The notes beneath the pieces are model-generated. The model saw only the letters and a list, made by a program, of their open reading frames with translations. It made no database searches and was not told the DNA's origin. Of a DNA stretch of 64,000 nt, positions 26,031 through 36,635 are shown one piece after another; within the stretch, counting starts at the first letter, position 1; each line of letters starts with the position of its first letter. Both the position numbers and the translations under genes were made by a program. The DNA comes from an uncultured Gammaproteobacteria bacterium (GTDB lineage: Bacteria; Patescibacteriota; Microgenomatia; Levybacterales; GWA1-39-11), in contig CAYPEN010000003.1 in the NCBI GenBank assembly GCA_964409875.1, forward strand, positions 557 through 64,556, written 5' to 3'.

Positions 26031-27496
26031 CCCGTTTTGTGGCCTCTCATTAGGTCGAGGATTTGGCGGAGTGAATGAGGAAAAGCAATTACTATAAATA
26101 AAAGATACAGTAGGAATGAGATGAAAAGCTTGGCTAACAGATCTCCAAATGATTGTTGAAAAAAGGAATTTGTAATATTCATTACGATGAAAGTTGAAAG
26201 AAATAAGAAAGCACTTGAAATAAGGGTCCGGTTTATGTTGATACGTATGTCTGCTTTTCTACAGAGTAATACATAAGTAAAATAAGTAAGTGCAATAATG
26301 GCAAAAAATCCCATTGCAATACCGCTAAACCCAAAGTAAGTTAGAAGGTAAAATGATCCAAAGAATTCAAAAGCCGTAATTATTGAAACAGAAATTAATA
26401 TTTCTTTAGTTTTCCCAATAGCCATAAGAGCATGTCCTAGAAGGCCGGTGCCGTTCATAAAGAAAATACTTGCAACGTACCAATAGAGAGCGGGTAATGC
26501 ATCTATCCATTTGTCATTTAGGAAATAGTGTATTAAATCTCCCCCATATGCAAACACAGCGACTATAAAATACATTGTTACAATAGTAAGCATGTCAAAA
26601 GCCTTCTCTACAGAGGAAGATATAATACCTTTTTTTTCCTGAATTCTTGAAAATGATGAAAAAGACACTCTTCCCAAGTTATCTATAAAAACCCTTGGAA
26701 AAGAAGCTGTATTATAACTCCAGTCGAGAAATCCGACCTGAAAAAGAGGAATCCTGGGACCGGCAATTACCGGAATTATTGAATTATGAATTATTGTCAG
26801 AAGAAATCCTAATTGAAAATATTTCCCAATATTTACAAAATCCCGTACGTCTTTAAAATCAAAAACAAACAATGGAATGAGAGGTTTGAGGAGAAATGTA
26901 ATAATACTTTCAATAATTGTTTTGACTATTACTGCGATTATAAAGCTCCAAATGCCGAATCCCATTAAAGCTAACAATAGCGACACGGAATAGTAGGAAA
27001 AGATTCCGAAAATATCAATTAGTGCGATTTGTTTATAAGCAAGTTCTCTTTCGAGTAGTGCAGAAATAATATTGGGAAGAGGTTTTAGCAAAAGAGTAAG
27101 TGATAATATGCGCAGTATTACTATTTCTGTTAAAGAGAGCTGGTGATAGAAGGAAATAATTATAGGAGCAAAAATATTTAAAAGTATTACTGTAATGAAG
27201 GTAAGAGCAAATTTAATGTAAAATATTGTTGATAGTTGCCGAACAGTGGGCTCTTCTTTTTTTTGAATTATGGCAAGGTTAAGACCGACATCAGTAAATA
27301 TTTCTGCAGTGCTTAATACAAATGAGAGAATTGCAAACACACCAAAGACAGATGGGGCAAGAAGCCTAACCAGGAGTAATTGACCTGCAACAACAATTAC
27401 TTTAATAACCATCTCTCTTCCTATTAATTGAATTGCCCCGGTTATCGTTTTGCGTTTAATTTCAAAGAGAAGAGCTTTCGAATGAGCTTTTGACAT
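26027..27496 (-). CDS. polysaccharide biosynthesis protein / Wzx-like flippase (MOP superfamily)
   Basis: 489 aa, about 12-14 TM, typical size and topology. Confidence 0.5.
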   Translation of the reverse strand: MSKAHSKALLFEIKRKTITGAIQLIGREMVIKVIVVAGQLLLVRLLAPSVFGVFAILSFVLSTAEIFTDVGLNLAIIQKKEEPTVRQLSTIFYIKFALTFITVILLNIFAPIIISFYHQLSLTEIVILRILSLTLLLKPLPNIISALLERELAYKQIALIDIFGIFSYYSVSLLLALMGFGIWSFIIAVIVKTIIESIITFLLKPLIPLFVFDFKDVRDFVNIGKYFQLGFLLTIIHNSIIPVIAGPRIPLFQVGFLDWSYNTASFPRVFIDNLGRVSFSSFSRIQEKKGIISSSVEKAFDMLTIVTMYFIVAVFAYGGDLIHYFLNDKWIDALPALYWYVASIFFMNGTGLLGHALMAIGKTKEILISVSIITAFEFFGSFYLLTYFGFSGIAMGFFAIIALTYFTYVLLCRKADIRININRTLISSAFLFLSTFIVMNITNSFFQQSFGDLLAKLFISFLLYLLFIVIAFPHSLRQILDLMRGHKTG

Positions 27497-27510
27497 AGAG
27501 TAACGAATTT

Positions 27511-28218
27511 TTAAGCTTTGGAATAAGGTACGGCTTTGTTGGTTATCTTTTGGGTTTTGTGTTCCATGCGTTTTAAGTGGGCGATACAGGAGGCAATAAG
27601 ATGACCAACCATCATGTGGGTATCCTCAATCGGGCCATAATGAGATGTTTTTGAGATAATGCTAATATTTGCAATAGTTGCCAACTCCCCTCCTTTTTCA
27701 AAGCCTGTAAATGCGATGACAGTCGCGCCGATTTTTCTTGAGTATTTAACAGCTTTTATTACATTTTTACTGTTTCCGCTTCCTGAAATCGCAATCAGAA
27801 TATCATCCTTTTCTATAAGGTTTCGTAACTGCTGTAAAAAAATTGCATCATATCCAACATCATTGGCATAAGCAGTAATAAGCGCAGTATTGTCAGTCAA
27901 CGAAATAACCTTTATCCTTTTTTCTCTCTCATCGTATATTCTGTTTAGTGTTCCCTTCCCTAAGTCACAGGCCAAATGGGATGCAATACTTGCGCTTCCG
28001 CCGTTACCCAATACATAAATCTTTCTATCATTTTGATATGCTTCAATAATTTTTTCTATCGCTTTTAATATCTGTTTTCCGTTCAATTTTTTTATTGTTT
28101 TTTGCACCTCATCAAAATATGACGTAATTAATTGTGAAATTATTTGAGAAGTAGAAATGTCATTTGTTTTTTTCATATTAATTTTCAACAAAAATAATTT
28201 TACTACCTTGATTTTCAA
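27511..28218 (-). CDS. gmhA: SIS-domain sedoheptulose-7-phosphate isomerase-like
   Basis: IYVLGNGGSASIASHLACDL matches the GmhA GNGGSA motif. Confidence 0.7.
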   Translation of the reverse strand: MKIKVVKLFLLKINMKKTNDISTSQIISQLITSYFDEVQKTIKKLNGKQILKAIEKIIEAYQNDRKIYVLGNGGSASIASHLACDLGKGTLNRIYDEREKRIKVISLTDNTALITAYANDVGYDAIFLQQLRNLIEKDDILIAISGSGNSKNVIKAVKYSRKIGATVIAFTGFEKGGELATIANISIISKTSHYGPIEDTHMMVGHLIASCIAHLKRMEHKTQKITNKAVPYSKA

Positions 28219-29161
28219 ATTCGAATGGAATTGCTCTTAAGTTGGGGAGTGCATTTAATATCGCCCTCTGATATTTTGGCTTTGCGTATAAGAGTAAAAA
28301 ACCGCCGCCACCGGCTCCTAAAATTTTCCCCCCCTCAGCTCCGAGCCTTATTGCTTTTTTGTACCATCTGTCGATAGTATCTGAGCTAATTGACGGTGCA
28401 AGACTTTTTTTTAGATTCCAGTTTTCGTGGAGCAGCATTCCGAATTCGGATATTCTGTTGCGAGAAAGTTCATTGTGCATCTTCCGAGCAATAATTACCA
28501 TGCTTTCAATTGTTTGAAAGTTTATTTCCTTTTGTGCTAGATTTTTCTTTTGTTCCTCTAAAATCTTATTGGAAGAACGGGTAAGCCCGGTATATAAAAG
28601 TAATAAATTTTTTTGAAGAGATGTTTTTGTTGCAGCATTCATGACAATTTGAGTATTAAATACACTTTCGTCCGGTAAAAATCTGAAGTATTGGAATCCT
28701 CCATACGCCGCACAGTATTGATCCTGTTTTCCGATGGGGCTTTTCAACATTTTTATTTCAATTTCACATGCCTCTCTAGCAAGTTTTTCCGCCCCGACAA
28801 AAATATTGTTATACGAGTATAAAGCATTCAGAAGTCCGACAGTAAAACTACTCGAGGAGCCAAGCCCTGTCCCTTCTGAAGGAATATCGGAAATTGATGT
28901 GATTTCTATTCCACCCTTTATTCCAACCTTTTTTAGACATTCACGGATGATGGGGTGTTGTAATTCGGAAACTTTGTTTACGATTTCTGTTTTCGAATAG
29001 CTTGCACGAATACTATCATCAAACTTTTTGTTAACTGCGATGTAAATATATTTGTTAATTGCTGTTGTGACAACGCCACCTTCTTTTTTTAAATAATAAT
29101 TTGAAATATCGCTGCCTCCACCTACGAAACTAATTCGAAGAGGTGTTCTTGATATAATCAT
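28178..29161 (-). CDS. hddA: GHMP sugar kinase, D-glycero-D-manno-heptose 7-phosphate kinase-like
   Basis: PLRISFVGGGSD N-terminus; PSEGTGLGSSSSFTVGL GHMP ATP motif. Confidence 0.65.
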   Translation of the reverse strand: MIISRTPLRISFVGGGSDISNYYLKKEGGVVTTAINKYIYIAVNKKFDDSIRASYSKTEIVNKVSELQHPIIRECLKKVGIKGGIEITSISDIPSEGTGLGSSSSFTVGLLNALYSYNNIFVGAEKLAREACEIEIKMLKSPIGKQDQYCAAYGGFQYFRFLPDESVFNTQIVMNAATKTSLQKNLLLLYTGLTRSSNKILEEQKKNLAQKEINFQTIESMVIIARKMHNELSRNRISEFGMLLHENWNLKKSLAPSISSDTIDRWYKKAIRLGAEGGKILGAGGGGFLLLYAKPKYQRAILNALPNLRAIPFEFENQGSKIIFVEN

Positions 29162-29859
29162 TTTTTTAGCAATTCATGGACCTTTCTTAGTCTGTCGGGA
29201 GTGCCAATGTCCATCATGAATTCTGAAGTATTATAACAGAAAATCTTTCCCCGTCTTCCTAAAAGATGAGGGAGAAGATCGTGTGCAATGTCATATGGCT
29301 TTGTGAGATTGAGATAATTCTTAATGGCAGGATTTACGATGTATAATGCTGAGAGATTAAATGGACGTTGGGGAATAATTTTGTGCGGTTTTATTAATAT
29401 GGAACGTAGTTCATTATTATTGTCAAATTCGATCAGATCACTATCCTCAGGATGTGTAGACGGATGTACAGCAGCTGTAATAATACCATTATGCTTTAAA
29501 TGAAATCGAAGCATTTTTTTATAGTTAACAAAAGAAACAACATCTCCATAGATAATAAGAGTATTATCATCGAGAAATTCCATTAAGGGTTCTAATGCCC
29601 CGCCTGTTCCCAAAAGTTTTGCTTCATGAGAATACGTAATGTTTAATCCATATCTTCTTCCATCGCCAAAGTAATCCATGATTATTCTTGAGAGATGGTG
29701 AACAGTAATACATATATCCTTAACCCCAGCTTCTTTTAGTTGTTGAATATGGAGAAGAAGCAACGGTTTTCCGTTTATCTCAACCATTGGTTTTGGAATT
29801 TTGCTTGAAATATCCGGTAGTCTGGTTCCTTTACCGGCGCAGTGAATGATAGCCTTCAT
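29158..29859 (-). CDS. hddC: sugar-phosphate nucleotidyltransferase, heptose-1-phosphate guanylyltransferase-like
   Basis: AIIHCAGKGTRL (GxGTRL) N-terminal motif. Confidence 0.65.
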   Translation of the reverse strand: MKAIIHCAGKGTRLPDISSKIPKPMVEINGKPLLLLHIQQLKEAGVKDICITVHHLSRIIMDYFGDGRRYGLNITYSHEAKLLGTGGALEPLMEFLDDNTLIIYGDVVSFVNYKKMLRFHLKHNGIITAAVHPSTHPEDSDLIEFDNNNELRSILIKPHKIIPQRPFNLSALYIVNPAIKNYLNLTKPYDIAHDLLPHLLGRRGKIFCYNTSEFMMDIGTPDRLRKVHELLKK

Positions 29860-30443
29860 AAATTTAAGAGATTATCGACGCACTCAAGAAAATTGTCGGA
29901 GACAAAATCGGGAACAGCATTGCACGTTCCATCTCCCCCTTTGTATCCGGTTTTGACGAGAGATGTTGGGATATGTGCATTCTTGCCAAATTGAATGTCT
30001 CTCGTTGTGTCTCCGATAATTCCTATTACTTTTTTTATACCAAAATCTTTTTTTGCGTGTTTGAAGAGCAGGATATTCGGTTTTCTGCAATGGCATCGAA
30101 CCTTATACTTTTGATTTGGTGCCTCGGGATGATGAGGGCATGAATAGACTGCATCGATATATGCATCTTTTAAAGCAAGCATGCTAACAAAGTGAGAGTT
30201 CAATTCCGCTAGCGCTTTTAATGTTAATAAATTATGGCCGACTACCGGTTGATTTGTAACGACAATTACCGCAATGCCATTTTTGTTCAGTATTTTGATG
30301 CCGTCAATAACTTTCGGCAAGATTTTTAAATGTTTCTTTTCATTCAAATATCCGACTTCGTCACAAAGAGTGCCATCTCTATCAACGAAGATAATTCCCT
30401 TGTAATTATGAGAGTTTCTAAATATCTGTTTAAGATATGCCAT
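29856..30443 (-). CDS. gmhB: D,D-heptose 1,7-bisphosphate phosphatase (HAD-IIIA, zinc-binding)
   Basis: FVDRDGTL HAD motif I; CPHHPE...CHCRKP zinc motif characteristic of GmhB. Confidence 0.75.
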   Translation of the reverse strand: MAYLKQIFRNSHNYKGIIFVDRDGTLCDEVGYLNEKKHLKILPKVIDGIKILNKNGIAVIVVTNQPVVGHNLLTLKALAELNSHFVSMLALKDAYIDAVYSCPHHPEAPNQKYKVRCHCRKPNILLFKHAKKDFGIKKVIGIIGDTTRDIQFGKNAHIPTSLVKTGYKGGDGTCNAVPDFVSDNFLECVDNLLNL

Positions 30444-30445
30444 AT

Positions 30446-31816
30446 TTAGTTACCGATGATATTGTTATTTATAATATATTCAAAGAGAGTATCGGCGACT
30501 ATCTTATTACTTTTTGCCGGGTAAAAGTGAAAGTCATCAGAAAAGTATTCTTCGCTCTTGGGAATTTTTTCCTCAATATCGACGTACGGAACATTTTCGT
30601 TATGTGCAATTTCTTTAGTCGCTTCATTAAATTGGCGTATCCCTTTTATAAGTGAAGATATGTTTGGATATGTATTCTTTGTTCTGCAGACCCATTCCAG
30701 ATCCCACGAATGTGACTTATCAAGTTTAGCATTATAAAGATAGGGTTGGTTGCCAAGAATTAACTTTACACCGTCCTCTCTGGTGATTTTTATTAGGCTC
30801 ATTAAGTTCCTTTTATAAGAATCTATACTTTTAAAAGTCATATCTATTGGTTTTCCTGGAGGTTTGGAAAGTGATCTTGCATTTTTTCCATAATTCTTAA
30901 AATCCGAATATAATATATTGCTTATGATAAATTTTAGAAAATCAAGAGTTAATAAATTAATCGTTTTTTGTGGCGAGTAGAAATAATTAAAAACGGTGAT
31001 TAATGGACCAAACTTATGTGAATAGTCACTTTTATACTTGCCGAAAGTATCATTTCCGATATCAGCACATGAAGCTGCCATATCATTTGCCCCCTGCCAA
31101 ACAATGAGAAGGTTAGGATGAAAATCCTTAATCTTAAAAAGATATTGTATTATCGAATGCTCAGAATTGTAATATCTTACTTCGGCATTAAGTACTTCAA
31201 TTTTCTTATCGGGAAAGTAAAGTTGAAGACGCTTTTCCAGTAACCGCGAAGAATTTTCTTCATAAGGCGTAAATTCATTAAGAACAGTTGATCCACCTAA
31301 TATAAAAATTCTATACGTATTTGTTGGTTTTGTTATTTTTATTTCTTCTCCTCGAAAACCCTCGTCATCAATATGTAATTGAGGTCGTGTTTCATTGTCT
31401 TTTTTTGTGTTTTGTAATTGAAGGAAAGGATGGAAATCTTCCTTCGGCAATGTTTGTTGTGTTGAGAGACGGATATTGTGATTCCGAAGATATGATTCAG
31501 ATATGAAAAGTGATATTAACAATGCGATTATTAGAAGAGCAACTTTTTGATTTATTCCAAAATTTAAGCAATGTTTACCGATATGAATTTGGGAAATTCT
31601 GAAAAAGAAAGCAAGTATTAACTTGAATATCAAAAAAAATAAAGGGAAAGCAACAAGCAAGATAAAATATGAAAGCGAGTATTTGGCAAAAATAGTTCCG
31701 TTGTGTGAGGTGTGGAATATAAGACCTAAGTAAATAAATATGAATATATAAAAGAATAGAATGTTACTTCCATTAAACCTTCCGCTTTTTTTATTTTGCT
31801 TTTGCATAAATTTCAA
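30446..31816 (-). CDS. membrane-anchored SGNH/GDSL-family hydrolase (paralog of 36636..37985)
   Basis: N-terminal TM region, then ILGGSTVLN...VWQGANDMAAS (SGNH Ser block and GxND block). Confidence 0.6.
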   Translation of the reverse strand: MKFMQKQNKKSGRFNGSNILFFYIFIFIYLGLIFHTSHNGTIFAKYSLSYFILLVAFPLFFLIFKLILAFFFRISQIHIGKHCLNFGINQKVALLIIALLISLFISESYLRNHNIRLSTQQTLPKEDFHPFLQLQNTKKDNETRPQLHIDDEGFRGEEIKITKPTNTYRIFILGGSTVLNEFTPYEENSSRLLEKRLQLYFPDKKIEVLNAEVRYYNSEHSIIQYLFKIKDFHPNLLIVWQGANDMAASCADIGNDTFGKYKSDYSHKFGPLITVFNYFYSPQKTINLLTLDFLKFIISNILYSDFKNYGKNARSLSKPPGKPIDMTFKSIDSYKRNLMSLIKITREDGVKLILGNQPYLYNAKLDKSHSWDLEWVCRTKNTYPNISSLIKGIRQFNEATKEIAHNENVPYVDIEEKIPKSEEYFSDDFHFYPAKSNKIVADTLFEYIINNNIIGN

Positions 31817-32690
31817 TCATCGAACCTTTATTAAATAAATTAAGTACCGAATATCCATATTTACAAATGTAATTCTCAAAAATGAGTTTTTTGATACTTT
31901 GATTTTTTTGTGTGATCCTTTTCTTTTTGATGGGCTTAATCCTAGGAGAATTTGACTGTTGATTTTTCCCTTCCCTTAAAGCACGGTAAATTCCTCCAAG
32001 GTCCATAGGATATCCATATGTGGTAATTCTAATTATTTCAAATCCGTTTTTTTCTAGAATCTTTTTTAATGTTTCGGGTGAATAATATACAAGGTGCTCT
32101 GGAGGGATGAAATAGTTAAAGCGCTCCCCCAATACTTTATGAAGCCAACTGTTTATGTTTGGCGTTGATATGCATATTATGCCGTTGGGTTTTAGGAGAG
32201 TCCTTATTTTTTTTAATAAACTGTGAGGAGCTGATAGATGTTCAATTACCTGTTGAAGAGACACGACATCAAATTGTCGCTTTGTTTGGTACTTATTAAA
32301 ATCTTTTTGAATCACATTTAATTTTAGTTTTTGCCTGGCATATTCAATCGGTTTTTTCGCAGTATCAATTCCCGTTGTGCTCCATCCTTTATTTCTTGCT
32401 TCATCCATGAAAAACCCAGCTCCACAACCGATATCTAAAAGTTCACCGTTTTGAAATCCCAATGTATCTAAATTTCTTAAACTTCGCTTTGCATCCATTC
32501 TTAAATTGCCCTCAAACGAAAAACCGTCAGCAAATGAGAAATTTTTGTAGTAGACGTCAAGATTCTTTTGTGAAGGGATAGGGTGCGTTGAGATCAGACC
32601 GCAGCGGTTGCATTTATTGATTGAGTAACCCTTAATGGCGTAAAGTCTATGATATTTTTTTCTTCCGCAAAGTATACATTTATTATCCAT
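31791..32690 (-). CDS. class I SAM-dependent methyltransferase with N-terminal zinc ribbon (paralog of 48407..49321)
   Basis: CILCGRKK...CNRCGL ribbon; LLDIGCGAGFF motif I. Confidence 0.75.
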   Translation of the reverse strand: MDNKCILCGRKKYHRLYAIKGYSINKCNRCGLISTHPIPSQKNLDVYYKNFSFADGFSFEGNLRMDAKRSLRNLDTLGFQNGELLDIGCGAGFFMDEARNKGWSTTGIDTAKKPIEYARQKLKLNVIQKDFNKYQTKRQFDVVSLQQVIEHLSAPHSLLKKIRTLLKPNGIICISTPNINSWLHKVLGERFNYFIPPEHLVYYSPETLKKILEKNGFEIIRITTYGYPMDLGGIYRALREGKNQQSNSPRIKPIKKKRITQKNQSIKKLIFENYICKYGYSVLNLFNKGSMIEIYAKAK

Positions 32691-33555
32691 GGGTTTGTAA
32701 GAATGTACGGATTTTCCGATACAGAATTCTCAAGTTATGTTTTATCTCAAGGAAAAATGCATATTTTTTCATGAATTTCATTCTTTGGGATTCGCTAATA
32801 ATCATACTTCTGTATTTTGTACGATTCTCCTGGATATATTGGGGGAGAAAATTGACTGGAATGATATTAAATTTATCGCCGTGATTCAGAAAATCTTTTT
32901 TTTCAAGCATCGCTCTTAGTATCTTTTCTTTTGTATTATATTTGTCGTTATTAAATTCCTGGTGTGAACCGGTTGCCATTTTTTCACGAATTTTTTTTAT
33001 TCCGCCCATATATGAAAAATGCCAACCGCCGTCACGTACTATGACATTATTAGGACTATGCCTTATTACATAAGCATCTTGGTATTTAACAAAGTCGCGA
33101 TACTTTAACATTTTGGGTCCTAACCATTTTCTATTAGTAGAGCGGAAATTTAAATAATAGTAGAAAAATTGCTGTTCAAAAACTTTTAGTTTGCCCGGTT
33201 TTTTAATAAATTCAGTAATTTTTAGGGGATTTGGAATTTCGTCTAAATTGGAAATAATAATAGTATCATTATCTTCTGCAGTTGTTAATCCTCGCGCAGC
33301 GGCCGCCATCAAAAAATGCTCAATTATCCATGGATGGGACACATTGGGACTGTCACGAACTACAACATGAATAATTTTATCATGAAATTTACTGTATCTT
33401 TTTTTATTTTCTTGATAATAAAGGGGTTTTTTAATATTTGTATACGTTCTGTTGCTTTCGATAAGAACAAATTTATCAACATGCCTGTCAAGAATGTTTA
33501 GTCGTATTTCTAAAAGATCAAGTTCATTATAAAAAGTAAAACAATCAAACACCAT
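32683..33555 (-). CDS. GT17-like glycosyltransferase (Glyco_transf_17 family)
   Basis: MVFDCFTFYNELDLLEIRLNILDRHVDKFVLIESNRT matches the family N-terminal signature. Confidence 0.5.
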   Translation of the reverse strand: MVFDCFTFYNELDLLEIRLNILDRHVDKFVLIESNRTYTNIKKPLYYQENKKRYSKFHDKIIHVVVRDSPNVSHPWIIEHFLMAAAARGLTTAEDNDTIIISNLDEIPNPLKITEFIKKPGKLKVFEQQFFYYYLNFRSTNRKWLGPKMLKYRDFVKYQDAYVIRHSPNNVIVRDGGWHFSYMGGIKKIREKMATGSHQEFNNDKYNTKEKILRAMLEKKDFLNHGDKFNIIPVNFLPQYIQENRTKYRSMIISESQRMKFMKKYAFFLEIKHNLRILYRKIRTFLQTHG

Positions 33556-33556
33556 A

Positions 33557-34528
33557 TTACGTGCCTCTCAATTCCTTCAAAATTTCTATTACAGTTTTTT
33601 TCACTGCTTCTGTTGACGAATATTTTGCTTTCCAACCGGTCTTTACAATTTTTGTATTATCCATTCTTATTACAGGAACATCACCCGGCCATCCACCTTT
33701 TCCTTTGGTGTGCGATATTTTTACATTTTTGAGATTCATAGTTCTTATCACAATGTCTGCAATAGTGTTAACGGTAATAAAATCGTCGGAAGAAACATTA
33801 TAAATATTAACCATATCGTGTCCTTTCTCAATTCCAAAAAAAACAGCCTCCAAAAGATCGTCAACATATACATATGACTTGCTCTGTTTCCCGTCCCCTA
33901 GTATCTCAAGCTCTTTTGGGTTTTTGATTAATTTGTTCACGAAGTCAAAGGTAACTCCATGTGTTGCCCTATTTCCTATGATGTTCGCAGGGCGAAATAT
34001 GTAAGCTTTTATCCCGTAGAGATGTGAGTATGCACTTATTAGTCCTTCCGCAGATAATTTCGTTGCTCCGTACATAGAAATTGGAAGTAACGGACCATAA
34101 CTTTCTTTTGTAAATGTTTTTCCGACGTCGCCGTAGATTCCACTTCCAGAAAAATAAACCAAGTTTTTAATATTTTTTTTCCTCATTGTTTCTAAGAGGT
34201 TAAATGTTGCAATGATTGTTTGATTAAAATCAAGCGTTGGATCTAAAAAACCTTTTGAAACATCAGCGTTTGCTGACAAATGAAATACCATGTCGGTGTC
34301 TTTTGGAAGAGATTTAAAAAACGTTTCCTTTTCCAACATGTCCGCTTGCATTAATGTGAAAAATTCGTTGTTAATTGATGTATTTAGGAATTCTTTTTTT
34401 CCTGAAGAAAAGTTATCATACACCGTAGTCTTTCTTCTGTATGCAACTAGTAAGTCTGTCAGATGACTTCCTATAAAACCAGCTCCACCGGTAATAAATA
34501 TTTTTTGAATTTTATTGTCAAGTAACAT
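33557..34528 (-). CDS. NAD-dependent NDP-sugar epimerase/dehydratase (extended SDR)
   Basis: IFITGGAGFIGSHL Rossmann motif; catalytic YxxxK region present (YGATK). Confidence 0.8.
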   Translation of the reverse strand: MLLDNKIQKIFITGGAGFIGSHLTDLLVAYRRKTTVYDNFSSGKKEFLNTSINNEFFTLMQADMLEKETFFKSLPKDTDMVFHLSANADVSKGFLDPTLDFNQTIIATFNLLETMRKKNIKNLVYFSGSGIYGDVGKTFTKESYGPLLPISMYGATKLSAEGLISAYSHLYGIKAYIFRPANIIGNRATHGVTFDFVNKLIKNPKELEILGDGKQSKSYVYVDDLLEAVFFGIEKGHDMVNIYNVSSDDFITVNTIADIVIRTMNLKNVKISHTKGKGGWPGDVPVIRMDNTKIVKTGWKAKYSSTEAVKKTVIEILKELRGT

Positions 34529-34600
34529 TTCTTTTGAATTTTCTTTGTATTATAGCATTATCATAATTGTTGTTGTGTGTTACAATCTGGTTTGTAATTT

Positions 34601-35500
34601 ATGGGAAAAAAAGTATTCTGTATTGTTCTTAATTGGAACGGAAAGCAATATCTTAAGAAATGTTTAGATTCCATTTTTGAGAGTTCATATAAAAATTTAA
34701 CGGTAGTTGTAGTCGACAATTTTTCTAATGATGGTTCATGTGATTTTATAAAGAAAAATTACAAGAAAGTGATATTGATTCAAAATCATTCAAATCTTGG
34801 GTGGACCGGAGGTAACAATAGAGGCATAAAATATGCCCTAAAACAAAAGGCTGATATCATTTTTATTCTTAACAACGACACTCAAATCGACAAAAAATGT
34901 ATTGAAGAGTTGGTAAAGGAAATTACCAGGCATGACGAGACAGGAATAGTTGGTCCAAAAATCCTTTTGAGTACAAATGGGAGAAAAACTAATCGCATAT
35001 CATTTGCAGGAGGAAAATTTACCTCGAATAGGTATTTCGGTGTACATATTGGCAACAACAAAGTTGATGATAAGACATATAGAAAGGTAAAACAGACGCA
35101 GTTTATAACTGGTGCCGCAATAATGATAAAAAGAGAGGTTTTTAAGAGAGCAGGTCTTTTTGATGATAATTATTTTATCTATTATGATGAGGCAGACTTT
35201 TGCATACGTGCAAAAAAACTAGGGTTTAAAATTTATTTTGTTCCAACTGCGTACGCGTATCATGAATTTTCAGGAACAGTTGAATTAAATTCTCCTTTCC
35301 AGAATTACTACACGACTAGGAATCACTATCTTTTTGTAGAAAAAAATGCCCCTCTGAAAGTGAAATTGCGAGAGTTTGTAAGAACGCCAAAAACAGCCTA
35401 TGAATTTTTCAGAAATAAAGATAAAAATAAAAGAATGTATTCACTTTTAGGAATCAGGGATTACTATCTACGAAGGTTTGGAAAGCGCGTTTATTGGTAG
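34601..35500 (+). CDS. GT2 glycosyltransferase
   Basis: FCIVLNWNG...VVVDNFSNDGS GT-A signature. Confidence 0.8.
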   Translation: MGKKVFCIVLNWNGKQYLKKCLDSIFESSYKNLTVVVVDNFSNDGSCDFIKKNYKKVILIQNHSNLGWTGGNNRGIKYALKQKADIIFILNNDTQIDKKCIEELVKEITRHDETGIVGPKILLSTNGRKTNRISFAGGKFTSNRYFGVHIGNNKVDDKTYRKVKQTQFITGAAIMIKREVFKRAGLFDDNYFIYYDEADFCIRAKKLGFKIYFVPTAYAYHEFSGTVELNSPFQNYYTTRNHYLFVEKNAPLKVKLREFVRTPKTAYEFFRNKDKNKRMYSLLGIRDYYLRRFGKRVYW

Positions 35501-35503
35501 ATT

Positions 35504-36613
35504 ATGAAAATTGCTGTGTTTCATGAACTGCCCTATGGTGGTGCTCGAAGAGTTGTAAATGATTTTTCGAAAGAACTTAAGAAGAAACACCAAGTTGATT
35601 TATATATAATAGACAACAAAAAAAATACCGATGAAAGAAAATATTATTCAAAGGTATATTTTTATAAATTTAACGAACAGGAATGGAATGGCCGCAATTG
35701 GAAGGCAAAACTGTATAAAGACACATTCGAGATTTACCGCATTTACAAAAAGCACCGAAAAATTTCAAACGACATTGATAAAAGAAAGTATGATATTGTT
35801 ATTGTACACCCTTCCAAATTTACTCAAGCCCCATTTGTTTTGCGATTTTTGAAAACAAAAAAGGTATATTATGCACACGAAGCATATAGAATAATGTACG
35901 AGAAATACTTTCGCATTAAAGAGTCGGGCAATTTCTTAAAAGACATCTATGAAATTCTAACGCGAAGAATAAAAAAAGCGATTGATAAAAGAAATTCGGC
36001 AAGTGCTCCCACAATTTTTGTTAATTCCGAGAACACAAAAAAAAATATACTTAGATTTTATTCAAGAAAGAGCACTGTCTGCTATCCAGGTATTGATACG
36101 GCATTATTTAAAGTAAAAAAAATAAAAAAAACAATTGATGTTTTATTTATCGGTTCAACGGCTGATAACACCGATGGTTTTTTCGATTTAAAAAATGCAT
36201 TAGATATTATCAAGAAAAAAATTAAGCTTGAGGTGGTTGGGAGAGGAGAGGGATGGATTGATGATAGGAAATTACAGCTTTTGTATGCACGGTCGAAAGT
36301 TGTATTTTGCGGAGCACATAATGAACCGTTTGGTCTAATACCATTGGAAGCAATATTTAGTGGCAGCAGTGTATTGGCTGTGAATGAGGGAGGATACAAA
36401 GAAACATACATGAAAGGAAAGACTGTTCTTGTAGAAAGAAAAGTGGAAGTTATTGCAAATGCGTTAGAAAAAATGTTAAGAAGAAGAAAAATTAATATAG
36501 ACACGGAAAAGATAGCTGCAAAATGGAGCCTGAGTGTGCGCACAAAAAAACTTGAGAAGGAAATTAAAACTATCGTACAAACACAAAAAAAATTTAGGAA
36601 AAACGGTAAGTAG
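35504..36613 (+). CDS. GT4 glycosyltransferase
   Basis: C-terminal EPFGLIPLEAIFSGSSVLAVNEGG (EX7E motif region). Confidence 0.7.
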   Translation: MKIAVFHELPYGGARRVVNDFSKELKKKHQVDLYIIDNKKNTDERKYYSKVYFYKFNEQEWNGRNWKAKLYKDTFEIYRIYKKHRKISNDIDKRKYDIVIVHPSKFTQAPFVLRFLKTKKVYYAHEAYRIMYEKYFRIKESGNFLKDIYEILTRRIKKAIDKRNSASAPTIFVNSENTKKNILRFYSRKSTVCYPGIDTALFKVKKIKKTIDVLFIGSTADNTDGFFDLKNALDIIKKKIKLEVVGRGEGWIDDRKLQLLYARSKVVFCGAHNEPFGLIPLEAIFSGSSVLAVNEGGYKETYMKGKTVLVERKVEVIANALEKMLRRRKINIDTEKIAAKWSLSVRTKKLEKEIKTIVQTQKKFRKNGK

Positions 36614-36635
36614 TCTGTGCTATAATTCGGAATAA

